Part shown: positions 38,330-51,799 of the stretch, one piece after another
Numbering within the stretch: position 1 is the stretch's first letter
How the letters are laid out: each line of letters starts with the position of its first letter
DNA from: Blasia pusilla
Lineage: Eukaryota
DNA length: 64,000 bases
Direction: 5' to 3'
NCBI GenBank assembly: GCA_050084515.1
Contig: CM114271.1
Location: 19,034,001 to 19,098,000, forward strand
The notes under the pieces: generated by a model
Databases searched by the model: none
What the model was told of the DNA's origin: nothing
What the model saw: only the letters and a program-made list of their open reading frames with translations
Position numbers and translations under genes: made by a program

Positions 38330-41300
38330 TCTCTATCTATATATATTTTGGACTGATTTTATTATTTTTGTCATGCTTTCTCAAAATCACGTATCATGTG
38401 ACTTCCCTTGTCTTTGATGACTTGCTTACTTTTGTCTCTAAGGTATCAGAGAGAGACGGAGTTGGATATTCTATCTACTTGCACCTCTCGTTTTGCAGGC
38501 CTTCCTAACCTTTCTCCCTAGTACCCCTCCTTATCATAGATCTGGCCATTTTCCTCCCTACGCTAATTCACCCATTACACTCGTTGCATTTCTTACACAC
38601 TCTCCTCGTCTCCCCTCTTCGTCTCGTCCTATTGAGCCTAATCTTGATCCATTATTATCGAATCCTACTGTTTTGCCATCCTCACATATCTCATATGTGC
38701 CCTCGCTTCCAACTCCCATCTATTCTACCCTATTCTCTCCTCTTCCTCCTCCTCCTTCCCCAACCTATTACCCCCTCATCGTCATCCATGATCACCTCGT
38801 GCACCTCCCACCTCCTCTTCATGTAATCCTTCTATTTCTGCATTTGTGCCAAAGGTTTGTTGCATTCCTTATAATAAGGAGTTTGCTCCTAATTGGATCA
38901 AAAGACATCTGCGGTATTGTTGATCCATGCATGGGCCTTTAATCCCTATACCCGATACCACCTCCTACTGCACTGCCCACATCAAATGCTTGGACTTGGT
39001 TAAGCCAAATTGATCTCCTTCGCTCTTTCCATCCAGGTCTTCCTCATCCTAAACTCTACACCCGCATTCTTATTTCTTTTCGCCCTATAACCCAACAAGC
39101 TTTATTTTTCCTTTTAGAAAGGTTAGCATATAATCCCATAAATATCATTGCTTGGGATCTCCTATTACTCTTCCCACAATGGGTTTTAGTCCTTCCTCTA
39201 AGGGGTGGTGCGATGGATCATCGTGAAATCCCTCCGCGTATTCAGATCTTTATGTCTGGAGATTGAAAGAATCTTCATAATGAGCATGTACTTCGAGCAG
39301 AGGCATTAGTTGCGGCTCATCCTGCTCAACATGATAATCATGGGAGGCCTTCTATACAACAATGTCTTTTGACCAAGTCTACTTTTGGGGCAAGTTGATG
39401 AGTTTCTACATCGGAGTCTAGATTCTCTTGGTATCGATTAGCATATTTTCCAATTAGGGGTGAAAGTCCCTCTCTCATATCATGCTTTATATTTCCAAGA
39501 CTTCCACTTGCAAAGTGAAAACAATAGTCTCAATATATGAAGCTCTTCACAGTCCTTCTAGTTGTTATGCATCACCTTTTGTGGAAGGCTATACAATGGA
39601 TCTTGACTTGGAGGTTCTTAGAAGGACTATTCTTCATACTCCTCGCTTATTAGGAAGCACGCTATCAAGGATGGTTTTTGAGCATCTCCACGATTGCTTT
39701 ATCCCTGATGATTGAGCAAATGGCTTGGTCTCTTTGTATAAGGTGTGTGCACATATTGCGGTATGTCGTCTCCCATTCTCTATCTATAGGCTCTTAGGGG
39801 CTTGTGGATTGTTGGCTATGGATAAGCCTCCTTTAGGTGTCCGCCCTTTGGCTATTCGAGAGGTTTTATACCACTTGGTTAATCGATCCATGTGCTTGCG
39901 ATTTCGTCCTCACTTTAGTTCCCACTTATTTCCTCATCAATTTGGAGTGGCATCCCCTAGTAGTTGCGAGGCTCTCATGCATGGGATTTGCTCTACTCTT
40001 GATATTCATCCAAAGTGGGTAGCAATTCAATTCGATGTGGCTAACGCATTCAAAATCGGTTTCCCGTGCGGCCATTTTTGAAGAGTTATGCTATGTAGGA
40101 GGACAACTTGCGAGTCTCATTCCATTTTTTCGCTCCGTCGTCTATGCCTATGATACACCCATTATCTATTCTTGTCATGGTACTTCCAGTGAATTTAGTA
40201 TTCTCCAATGAGCTTGTGGCACGCGTCAAGGTGATCTCATGCGTGCCCCGCTCTTTGCCATTGCCTATGTTTGTGCCCTTTGAGCATCAACCAAAGTATT
40301 TCCATCTTGTCTTTTCCCTTCTATTTATGATGATACTCACATTATAGGTCCTCCTTTTGAAGTGGTTTCTGCTTACATCCATCTTGTGGAGCAACTCTCT
40401 TTCTTAAACCTTAAAGTCCAACCTAGTAAATATCAGGTACGATCCCTTCATGACTTCCCTCAACATTCATCTCATATACTCTTGATTTTCCCATCTGCAT
40501 TGAATGGGTTAGGGTTCTTGGGATCCTAATTGGCTTTATCGACCATGTCTTGAAGTTCTTGGATGAGGCCCTTTTGAAAGATGTGGAATGACTTCATTTG
40601 TTACTTCATCTAGGGGATCCCCAAGTGGCTTATGGGATTCTCACCCAAGATTTTCTATAATATTCTTCTTACCTTCTTTGCTCTTGTCCTCCCACTTCAA
40701 GGTTCTTACATCGGTTGGCCTTTTTTGACGCTTCTATCTTGACAACTTTTGTCAACTTCTTGGTCCAAATACATTTGAGGGAGAGGATGGTGTCTTGACT
40801 TCACGACAAGCTATCTTGCCTATTTCTTTTGGAGGGGTGGGGCTTTTCTCCACAGTTGCATCTGCTCCAGCAGCTTATTTGGGGAGTTGGGCATTGGTGA
40901 TACTCATTATGACTTCAAGGTTTCTTAAAGGAGATACACCTATCTTGATGGATCATGTTGCCCATGTAGAGAAGGGGGACCTATTATTTCAACAACAACA
41001 GAGGTGTGCCCGAGCTCTTCTTCTTCTTGCTACACAAGAAATTCTACCCCTTTTAGTCAATAGATTATGGAAGAGCATATCTCGGGGAATTTGCACAAAA
41101 TCAAATTTTCTAGCATTCTCTCTTAGGCATCCTCTGACGTTGATCGAGCTCATCTACGTTCTTGTGCAGGAACAAGAGCAAGGGCGTGGCTTATTGCAAA
41201 TACACTTATTTTTCCATTTCCTCTTCCTTGAAGTTAATTCTCGACAGCTTTGCGGTTACGCCTTAGACTTCCCCATCCTTCTCTATTAGATGTGTCAAAT

Positions 41301-43020
41301 TGTGTATGTGGAGATCCCATTGATGCAAAGGGTATCCATATTCTCCGATGTGCATATCGTGGAGAACAAACGGCCATACATGATATCATTAGAGAGATGG
41401 TAGCATCGGCGCTCGTATTGCAGGGTACACTCATTGTCGTGCGCCTACTCTCCTTGAACGTTAATCTTGTTTGTTGCGGAAGCGTGCGTTCAGTAGGTCA
41501 CGCTCTCAACGCTGATCTGCATCCAAACACGCACTTCGGTTAGTCGGGTCTTGGATCAATCAGCGGGATTACTTTCCTAGTTCTCGTCTCGGACTCTCTT
41601 CAAGCTCAACTTTCCTAGTTTCGCGGTTTCCAACACGAGCAAGTCTCGAAAGACTTGGGACAGACTTTCTGGTCGGTTCAGGAACCTGAAACGGCGTTTC
41701 GCGCCTAGCGGTTCCAACTGTCCGATGAACATCCAATGAGTTCCTCACCAAGACTCGCACGAAGTGAATCTCGGGTTGGAATCCAAGTGTGGCGTACAAA
41801 GTCCACTCCCTTGGATTAGGTTTGGGTTTCGGGTTTCGGGTTTCCGCCCCAAACTCCCGTTCCATCCCGTGCCTCTGAAACGCCGTTTGGCGCCCAAAGT
41901 GGGGTTTCGTTTCCCGAGACATCTCAGAGAAGGTACTCCCCTTACTAGTACTTCTGGGGATCTCCGGGGGCCCCCTACATTTAGGGAAAGACACCCGGGC
42001 CTCTCCAATTGGCCCTCAACCCGATTGCCCTCTCAATCGTTTTCGGCCAATATCTCATCCTGTACTTATGTGTTTGCTGAGATCTTTGGTGCGTTGGAAG
42101 CGTCTCAAGATCATCTTTCCAACGCGCCCTTACTTGTCCCGAACGCATCTTGGAGCTCAACGTTGTGGTCCTAAACACAGTCAGATTCTCCCAAATGCTA
42201 GTCGTGTTCCAAACTGGTTCTCACCTCTTTGGCAACCAACCTCCCAAGGCTCAACTCATCTCAAGTCTCGGCTCGCTTTTGGTCTAGGTTTCCTGGTCGC
42301 GACCACTAACGCATGAAACGCACAACTCTGTTCCGCGTTTCGTCTCTTAGACTTTTCCAAGAGACTCTTCCAAACGCCTCTCCAAAGCGCAAACCTCGCG
42401 GCGTGAGTTCCTTTGAGTTCTGATGTTTCGCTTGGCGCGTATTTGGTGTTTTTTGGTTATGAGGGTCGCGACACTCATGGGCAAGAGCAACACCATGTAC
42501 TACCTTTAACCACACAAGCTACATGTCGTTGGAGAGTTGATCTTGGTATGTCTCGAAGTTGATTTCGGACACTAGGTGATGTGGTGGACTCAGTGTGCTA
42601 TGTTGCACACACCAAAGATTCGGCGATCGAAGTAGCAACAAGAATCAAGGAGTTGAGTTATGCTGTGAGGCATGAGACTAATGGATTTATTTTTTTTGCA
42701 ATGGAAATATTCAGTCATTTACATGTCTTTTGATACTTTCATGAAAATATGTATTCACCACTCCTATGAGAATCCTCACCTTACCCCTTCCTATAAGTCC
42801 TTTTCACTCTCAAGTTACTACTTATTTTCGACAATGGATTTTAATGGCCTTACAAAATGTATAAGCCTTGACATTGATACGTGTTGTGAAGATGGTGGGA
42901 TTGCTCCAAGTTCAAACCACTTATATTCTTGTAATTAGTTTAGTTTGTGTTCACTAGTTATCATTTTCTTTTTGCATTTCATCATAATTTTTTACTACTC
43001 TTTGTTATTATTTTCTTTTT
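38330..43020 (+). mobile_element. Degenerate non-LTR retrotransposon with C-terminal CCHC and restriction-like endonuclease (CRE-like), interrupted by a solo LTR
   Basis: GVRPLAI.E, HQFGV, FDVANAF, GTRQGD (~40218), YDDTH (~40327), LPISFGGVGL, CVCG..D..G.H...C....E....HD (41300-41385). The frame continues after the inserted LTR (..EQHHVLP..RVDL..). Boundaries approximate. Confidence 0.8.
41435..42473 (+). mobile_element. Solo LTR (1039 bp) inserted in the non-LTR element
   Basis: TGTCGTG...CGCGACA termini; perfect 5-bp TSD CTCAT (41430-41434, 42474-42478). Confidence 0.92.
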
Positions 43021-44649
43021 GAAATTAGATATAATTAAGTCGATTCGGAGCATATTTGTCTATACCCTATAAATGAACTAATAGGCCGTTCACTGCCCGA
43101 GTTGGGAGGCTCCTCAACGGGTACCTACACACGAGTCCCGTTTTCTGGGAAGGGCAATTTTTTAGGGACGCCTAGTTTTTCTTCTTTCGGAAGAATATTA
43201 TTATTATTATTTAGTAATTCCACTCGTGTGGACTACACGGAATTTCCTCCGTCCCCGTATTTGTTCTCCGTCGGGAGGAAATGAGTGGCCCTAATCATTT
43301 CCTTACGCCGCTCGACTCGCGATAGTCCCGCCTGATGTGAACTAATCGTGAAGAGCTCCGACGTCACATTTCACATCACGTACATTAATCCGCTTAATCG
43401 CCTGCGCTTTGTTAGCGAGCCAGGAGAATTCCGTACGTCAGGTCAACGTTTTTAATATATCGACTTCTGCGACGCCCTGTGCAGTTTGGGAGAATCCCGT
43501 TGGAAAGGCACCTTGACCTGCATATCCTCCGTCCGACATGGGTGGACCGGAGTTTCCGTGTACGCTTCCGCGCCCCCCCCCCCTCCCCCCACTCTCCTTG
43601 TCTGCATACAGTTTGATGAAGCACTGTGGTCACCAACAATGTTCACGGCCACTTTCCTGCTTGTTTCTCCGTATTGCGAGGACTGCGCCCACGAAGTCTC
43701 TTGCTTCCGCCACCAGAAAGTCCGTGTCGACGTCCGAAGACCCGGATTCGGAGATCAGGTAAAAGATTCACGTGGTCAATATGTTCAGAACAATTTCACT
43801 TATGAGATCGACTTCAGAGGCTCTCATGATCGAAGATGACTCTAAGAAGGCGAAGACGATTTTTACTGGAGATGTTCATAGACACACATGAGAGTCTTGA
43901 GATCAATTTCAGTCAAGATTTGAGAGTTCGATCGAGTCCGGGACAAAGTGATGAAAACCTGCACGTCGCGCTGGGCGATCTGGGCCGGGAACCGCACGAC
44001 GTACATATTCATACTCCGTTCTCAGAGATCGATGCCGAGAAAAGATCGGGTGGCGGCGCCGTGAATCCCCAGGCGGCTGCTGCGGCGGATGGCAGTCCCG
44101 AACTGCATGGACTCACTCGATGCGGGCACGAAGCATGCTACGTGGAGAGCTGCAGGGCCTCGCACACAAGCCCACCTTTTGGACATTTGATTGTGTCCAA
44201 TCGAAGTCAGGTTTGAGCTCGGACTCGGATCTTTGGTCTGGAATTAATTGAAAGCCATGAAAAAATAAAATAATGAAAGAACTTAGAACTTATGTAACTG
44301 TTTTTTTGTTGTCTGGTGGGCGAACTACTTCCGAAGAGAGGCCGATTCCAATCTCTTGTGATCTTCGCTCGTCAACCTTGGAGCTCAAGAAATTCAAGCT
44401 CCGGGGCGGGGGGGGAAGGGGGGAAGTGTAAGTTGCCTGGCCACTTGCTACAAACGTCCGTCCGGAATGGGAAATGTATCCAATAATTACAAAAAGGTCA
44501 ATGATAGATCTTTATCGGGATTCTACACTGGTAAGAACCCACTGAACACGTGCGCCGAAACATGACCACGTAAAGCTGTGGAAGCGTTCGTTATTTTCCA
44601 GTCGGAAACCCCAACATTTCGGAGTTCATCCGCATTTTACTGCATAGAC

Positions 44650-46119
44650 ATGTCTACCATGAAGAAACGGGGTCTGCTCCAGGCTGTGGGGATTATCATC
44701 GTCCAGCTTATTTGCGATCGGTTGAGTCTTACCGACGCCGCGTCAGCGTGGGAGGTTGAGACATGGACAAACTCTCATGCCACTTTTTATGGTGACTACG
44801 GTGGTGGAGCAACCATGGGTACGTAGATCGCGAATTTCGCATAAGATCGTCATTGACGCTTTATCCATCGATAATAGTCTAGGGCCTTGAACTTTCAGAT
44901 GCTGTGACAATCATGATTAACACCGTCAATCTCGTGTGACTGACTCGACTCGACGAGTTGCTGTACAGATTCAATCTATGGAGCAACTCGTCGAGACAGC
45001 CGTGGCGAACTAGAGAGCATGATCGATGAAGAAGTTCCCGTCTCATCCAGCCTATCCAGACTGTGGAGTTATAATCCATGTGTTGTGTTAGGGCGAAACT
45101 GAATGCTTAGGGCCTTGTGCACTGGAAGGATCGGGGGACGCGTTTTTCTGACAGCTTGAAAGTTTGTGCTTTCTAAGCAGGTGGTGCATGCGGATATGGA
45201 AATCTTTGGACGCGTGGGTATGGGCTGGAGACGGCTGCCTTGAGCGACACTCTTTTCAATAAGGGGCTCGCTTGCGGCGCTTGCTTTCAGCTGAGATGTG
45301 ACCTTGCTTCTGGAAGCTACAGCACAAGGTGGTGCAATAAGGATACTCCTGTCATTCAAGTCACGGCGACCAACAACTGCCCTGCCAACTGGAACCGACC
45401 GACCAACGACGGTGGCTGGTGTAATCCGCCCAGAACTCATTTTGATTTGCCGCTGGCCATGTTTTCCAAGATGGCGCAACCTGTCGCCGGCATCATCCCT
45501 GTCAACTACCGCAGGTATTGTCCCAATCAATTTCTCGGCAGTTCCAGGCCTCCAGACGATCGAATTGAAAGTTGTTGATGGTACGGCATTCAGATTCGTC
45601 CTCAGTTCATGAGTAATATGTTACCTGGAACCATGCATGCCGGTGTTGAATTTCAACTCGGTGCGTGAACCCTCCCAAATCCGACTTCTTCTTCTTGTCA
45701 CACGATGGCCGAGGCCCACACTTACACTAGACTGCGATAGCGTCGAACGCACTAACCTGAGTTTTGATACATGCCTGATCTGGATCTCGGTACATGCGTT
45801 TTTGCTCAGGGTTCCATGCCAGAAGGAAGGAGGGATCAAATTCTTTCTTGGTGGAAATCCTTGGTTCAACCTTGTGCTGGTTTTCAACGTCGCGGGAGCT
45901 GGGGATGTGACGGGCATGAGAATGAGGGGAGATAAAACCGCATGGTGCACTATGAAGCATAACTGGGGCCAATTTTGGCAGTGCCCAATCAAATTAACTG
46001 ACCAGAAACTGTCATTCCAGGTCACTTTGAGCAATGGCTCCGTTCGAGTCATTAAAGATTTAACTCCAAGAAACTGGTCCTTTCAACAAACTTACGAGGC
46101 GTCGACGAATTTCTTGTGA
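44650..46119 (+). CDS. EXPA: Alpha-expansin paralogue, 3 exons (44650-44818, 45181-45514, 45810-46119), 270 aa
   Basis: Same motifs ([32 protein letters not shown]), GT..AG introns at the same positions, and the same exon lengths (169/334/310) as the gene at 1361-2778. Confidence 0.96.
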
Positions 46120-49023
46120 CATGGTTCACGACGAGTCCTCGACCTCCGACCCGGCAACTGTCGCGGGTCAGTCACAACAATCTTGAAGTTGATCGACCAG
46201 CTCCCATTTGTACAGAATGGAGTCCGCAGTAAGTCTGAATCAAATCACTTACACCGTTAGGTTTTGTATGTCTCATGATCACAAGCAGAGGCGTGTGGAT
46301 ATGTGAATATCTACGTTCCACCCTCTCGAAGTTAACCACTCAAATTTTCCAAACAAGCTCGCTGCGCGCTCCTCCTTCAGAGCTTGGATTTGGAGGAGCC
46401 TCGGCGAGAATACAAGTCTTGTACTCATATAATTCTATAGCCTCTAGGTCCATCATACTGGATATGGTCCAAGTAGCTGAGGTGCATGCGATTAAGCCAC
46501 CCGCTACCAATACCCTACAAGAATAGCTTTTTGTTGAACGTGAAGTTGGGGCTCAGGGTTCCAAAGGAGAATTTGATCCTACCCTGCCATGCCGATATTA
46601 TTTCAGAGAACTGTTGTAAACCATAGGAGGTGTGTATATGATATTACACTCTGCCCGAGTGTGCGCCCCATGGTCTAGAATTCGAACATCCAATATAGAA
46701 ACTTAGAAAGGTTTCTTGTAAACATGTAGCTTTACGGAAGGTACTCAAGATTGGCTGATCGAGGTGCAAGCTAGCGATGCAGCTAGCCACCCATCACTTT
46801 TCAAGAGATATCCACACTGCTGCCGGTACGGTTCTCAAACTGATACGTTGTGCACGATCAAGTTCCACTTTTGACCGGGACCAACAGATGTTCGCGCGAC
46901 GAGGAAGACGACTTAGAAACACAACTGCAGTTTCTCTGAGCGGATGGAGGTGCGAGCGCCATAGCCACCCACTGCTCTCAAAGATCAACACTGCATGTTT
47001 TATTTTAATTATGAACTCGATTATGTACGTCATCTCATCGAAGTGAGAAAAACTACTTAGCAAGGCGGTAAATTTTCATCCGAGCAGATAGTGGTGCAGC
47101 TTCATAGCCACCCGCTGCAGCGTCTCATTGTGATCAAAGTTTCACCGTAGAGAATTCCTTAGAGCTTCCGAGAATCTACACAGTCCGAATCCCATTCACG
47201 TCAAGACACGTAAACTATTACCTCAGATCTTGGGTGATAGGGTGGCTAGGGAAAAAGCGTTCCACTGATTTCATGCATCAAGATCGGGTGCAGATGGCTA
47301 CAATAAGTGGGCTCCTTCAGTTTCCTGGTTTTCTGGGAAATGCTTGAGTAAACCTAAACTAGGCGGCCCTCGTAAATGTAAGAGTATCAAGCAGTTAATG
47401 TCAATCGTAGGTATCGCCAGGTGACATATGTATCGATGACAGATACCCAACTATCCACTGCCTTGAAATATTACTACTTCAGGTCGTAACCAGTGCGAGG
47501 GTTCAGGTCCCAACGGAGCCTTGCATGGAAATAAACTTGACATTGACGTCCCTATCGCATGTAAGCTACTCAGTTCTTGTGTAGGAGTTAGTAGCTACTG
47601 CAGATGGAGGTGATCACTCCAATGCAAATTAAGTTTAATCACTTGCCTCGGTTGGGCAGGAAATTTATATCTAGCTATATAGAGACGGATTTTATATTCA
47701 ATAAATCGTTGAAGTCCTGGAGTTGCAATGGTATACGCAAGCATACTCGTTGCATTGAAAGTTTATGTGTAGGAAGGAAATTCTAGTTCTAGTCTAGGAA
47801 GGAATTAAGGTAAGAATTCTCGAAATTGGGAGTGTGAAAATTCGGAAGCGCTCTTGTCATGAAACAAACAAGAATCATGTTGGAAAAAAAGGACTCCAAA
47901 CTAAACTCCAAACTAGGTTTTCCAACTAACTTCCATTCGGTTCCAAGACTATTCGATATTTTGAAAACTTCTCCAAAACGGTGAAGTCTCGTGTGCTCAA
48001 GAAGTGAGTCTTTCCTGTATTCTTATTGAATGCAGGAAAGACTCACTGTTGTCCACCTCCGATTCGGTTGAAAGATATGTCAATACATGTGTACGTATTC
48101 GCCTTCGACCGGTGAATTTGCTCTGGTCTTGTGAACTTGATATGATCTTGCAAGAAGATATGAAACATCTAGCCAGATCCGGAGCATGGTCGATAAAGCT
48201 ACAACTCAGCTCAACGGAATAGCAGCCACATCTATTGTGGGTTCGAAAACTCATGTGTCCAGTACATCACGTGTAGTAAAGTCTGGGGGACGAACACTGA
48301 ATGTTACCGAATCGTGGGGATTTTGCATTCTTGGGACCAAATCGTTCAGATGGAAGGTATCATAACAGCCATTGAAAATTCGGGTGCCCCTGATTCCGAT
48401 ACTGTGGAAGGGGTTGTAGCTGGAGTCCTGAGAGCACATGGTCCGCCAGCACAATTCTCGCCGTTGTGCATGTGTCTCCCAACGTGCACCATCACCTTCA
48501 TTTTCTTGTGCTCGAGTCATGTGATCCATATAGTGACCCCGCTAGATTTAAGTTTCATGAAGCTCTCCCATTCATCGATCCACCGCTACAGGTCTCCGAC
48601 CTTGAGGGCCGGACTAAGCACTAGCGCTTGCCTCACCAACTTCCTGATCCAAACCAAGCACACGAGCTCCTTGAATTCGGCATTGAAGAATGTGGACACA
48701 AGTCATCCGATCCTTTCTCTGCGGTGCCGCTGTCCACCGTTATTGCTCACGGATTGCTCGCCCACCATCTCTCGCGCGGGTCACTGTACTCCTCCGATGA
48801 AAGTCTTCTCCCGTTCCTCCGTAATCACCGCAAGAAGTAATTCCAATCAGTGAAGTCAAGAAACCTAAACTCTGAAATACGCTAAAGCCTTAGAATGTGT
48901 ATGCAAACTCATGAAGTAAATAATCGAAACCCTGGAAGCCACTGAGCCTGAGAAAGCGTATGCGTACGCATACAAGAGAATACCTACTCATGAAGTAAGC
49001 AAAGAACATACACCTTGGAAGCT

Positions 49024-49263
49024 TCTTAGAATATGTGCATACATACTCGTGAAATCAATATCCTAAACACCGGAATATCTATCCATACTCATGGAACAAA
49101 TATCCCAAACACTGGATTCCACCAAGTCTCAGAATATGTGCGCACATATTCTGAGACTTGGTGGAATCCAGTGTTCTATGACTATGGATAGATATCCTAA
49201 GGATTAATGGATTCCGGTGTTTAGGATATTGATTTCACGAGTATGTATGCACATATTCTAAGA
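49024..49263. repeat. Long foldback with a 68-bp spacerless perfect palindrome at its centre
   Basis: 49108-49141 pairs with 49142-49175; outer arms 49024-49076 and 49211-49263 are perfect 53-bp reverse complements. Confidence 0.95.
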
Positions 49264-50524
49264 CATTCTCGCATTCCAGCAGGCGTATGTGAACCGCAAG
49301 AGAACGAGACGCGCAACGGACCGATCCGTTGCGTCTCCCGAACGCCTTTACGCACATCTATCTCCTCTTTCACAAAGTCCTGCTGCAAACGTCGTGGGCC
49401 TAGAACCGCACGCCGTTCTGTCGTATACGAACTATTCAGGAGCACATGAGTGCATCCCGTTACCGTAACTCCTGATGATGTCTCTCAGTCGTCGATCCCA
49501 GCGATCCCACGGAACAGTACAGGAGTATGATACGGCAATGCTAATGATAGTATTCCCGGTTTCCGGCCTCGCATTTGGCCCTGGTCGGTGCTAACACTGC
49601 TAATGAAAGGATCTTACATCTATTCTTTTCTTGGGGGTGAAACTATAAGTATGCATTACCGATGGTAACCCGTGACACAGCGTTTTGGGGAGCAAACGTT
49701 GCTCCGGCCGTCGTTCATAATCGTGTACGAAAGCGGCATCGTGATGGTGCTTTTAGTTTTTCTACTGGACTTTTTTATGAACGAGTATGCGGCCGGCACT
49801 GCTGTAAATAGGTAGGGACGTTATTAAATGGAATGTGGGGTATTTTGGTAGAATAGTAATGAGTGTTTATGTGGAACGGTGGAGTCCACGGTCGAGTTCG
49901 AGTGGATTGTGAAGCATTGTAGTCGGAATTTCGGAAATGCACGTAAGGAAAAATGGTGATGCATTTCAGATTAGAGTAACATATTATTATTATACAAAGT
50001 TACATGATAGATTTTTGAGTACCAAAACCTGTAATATGGTGGGCAAGGAACGAAAAGGAGAATAGAGAATACCATTATATCATATACACAGGATGATTTC
50101 CTTAAGGCCCAAAAATCGACGGGCATTGGGATGAGATTTTATAGATGCTCGCACTGGTAAGAAAACTTAAACCCGCTCAGGACCATGCAGGGAGAAGGCA
50201 AAATGTGGCCCGGCGGTAATGTAAAGCAACAGATAAAAATGTCTACAATTTGAGGCGCCATTGCATTGACAAGTAGTGCATACGATGATCTGACTGAGAG
50301 GATACACTACAAGTCTCAAGAAAAGTGAGAAAGGTTGTCTTTGATCGTGTGGGCTCCAACCACGGGAATCGATGTGGGCTTGAATGAAGGGTGCGAGCCA
50401 GGATGCGGGCCATAGTCGCGACGCGGGCTGCAAGCGGGCACGACTCAGGCCTGACGTACGGGCCTCGCGCGGGTTGGTTGGAGCTCGCATGCGGGCTAGG
50501 GCGGGCTAGGGCCAGGCAGGCCTG

Positions 50525-51303
50525 GTGAAGGCCAAGGGGTTGTGGGCAATGTGTTTCTATGAATATGGAATACCATTCAACGTAGTACGACAAGATGCTT
50601 TCAAACAAGCAATGTTGGCAATAACAAAGATGAAGGGTTACTCAGATCCTAGTTACAATTTGTTACGCACCACCCTACTTGAGAAACATATGGGGAAGGT
50701 GAAGGAAAAGGTGGATGGCATATTGAACAATTTGCGTTTGGGGGCCTCGATCATAACGGATTCTTGTACCAGTGTGAGGCGGGAGTCTTTAGTGAACATC
50801 ATGGTCTCATGTCCACAAGGTGAGGTCATGATTGAGTCGATAAACACCAAAGGGGAATCCCAAATGGCGGAATGGTTGGGAGGTCACATAGAGAGGACTA
50901 TCATGTGCATCGGTCTAGAGAATGTGTTGCAACTTATGATAGACAATGCTAGCAATGAGCGCGAACAGCAAGGAAACTTATCGAAGCAAAGTTTCCTCAT
51001 AATCTTTGGGGTGGATGCGTATCACATTCTCTTGATCTAGTTTGCGAAGAAAGGGATAAATGGCCTTAGATGGGTAGGACTTTTGCACAAGCTCGTGAGA
51101 TGGTGGTATTTGTGAAGAATAGAACTTGGATGATGGCCAAATTCATGGAAACAAGTCTAGTGAAGAGACGATTGTTGCTTCCTGCAAACACACGTTTTGC
51201 CACTTATTTTATTATGTTGGGACGCATCTTAGAATTGAGGGAGGCGTTCTATGCCATGGTTTCCACCAATGCTTTTAGGGAGTATTTCAATGGCAGGGAC
51301 ACA
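50525..51303 (+). pseudogene. hAT transposase N-terminal half (DUF659-type)
   Basis: CFYEYGIPFNVV, PSYNLLRTTLL, SIITDS, IDNASN, C.SH.LDL (frameshifted), PANTRFAT. Confidence 0.88.
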
Positions 51304-51799
51304 ATTTGACCTTCAATGAAAAAATCATTGCTTTATTAGTCAGAAGGTTATAAAAAGGAATGTCATAAAAATGACATTCTTACAATAGTCAACACAAAAC
51401 AAGTTTGCTACAACTATTTACTAATCCGTCGCACTAAATCCACTAATTACTCTTCTAGTCTAGGTCTATGGTTGGGACCGTGGATTAAGATGTAAGCGGT
51501 AATTTTGCGGCTCAATAGTTTGAAGTCGGGTGGATCGATGACGAGTTCCTACTGTAGTTGTTTCATCATCGGAGGAAATGTATGAACTATCCATGCCATG
51601 ATTGATGGGTTGAGAGTTTGGAACTATGGGTATCAGAACATCATTATCATTAGGCTCATCAAGTGAGTCCATCGTTTCAATGCTAAAAGATTATGGAGGA
51701 GTATCCCGTATAGGTTCACTAAACTCAGTGGAATAATTTTGAACTCCTACTAGTGCAACAATTTGAGGGTCGTAGGTTGTGTTAGGAGAAGTGCTAGGC

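Noticed and set aside
43400-44220. GC-rich ORFs upstream of the second expansin
   Set aside because: Short overlapping frames on both strands with no recognisable motif. Could be a decayed gene but cannot be supported.
44540-44575. Root-hair element (RHE)-like CACG motifs in the expansin promoter
   Set aside because: TG-to-CACG spacing is 2 nt rather than the 4-5 nt of the RHE consensus, and I found no counterpart at the equivalent position of the paralogue.
47990-48853. 179-aa + strand ORF and minus-strand fragments
   Set aside because: No domain recognised, and the minus-strand frames are interrupted by stops; possible pseudogene, not callable.
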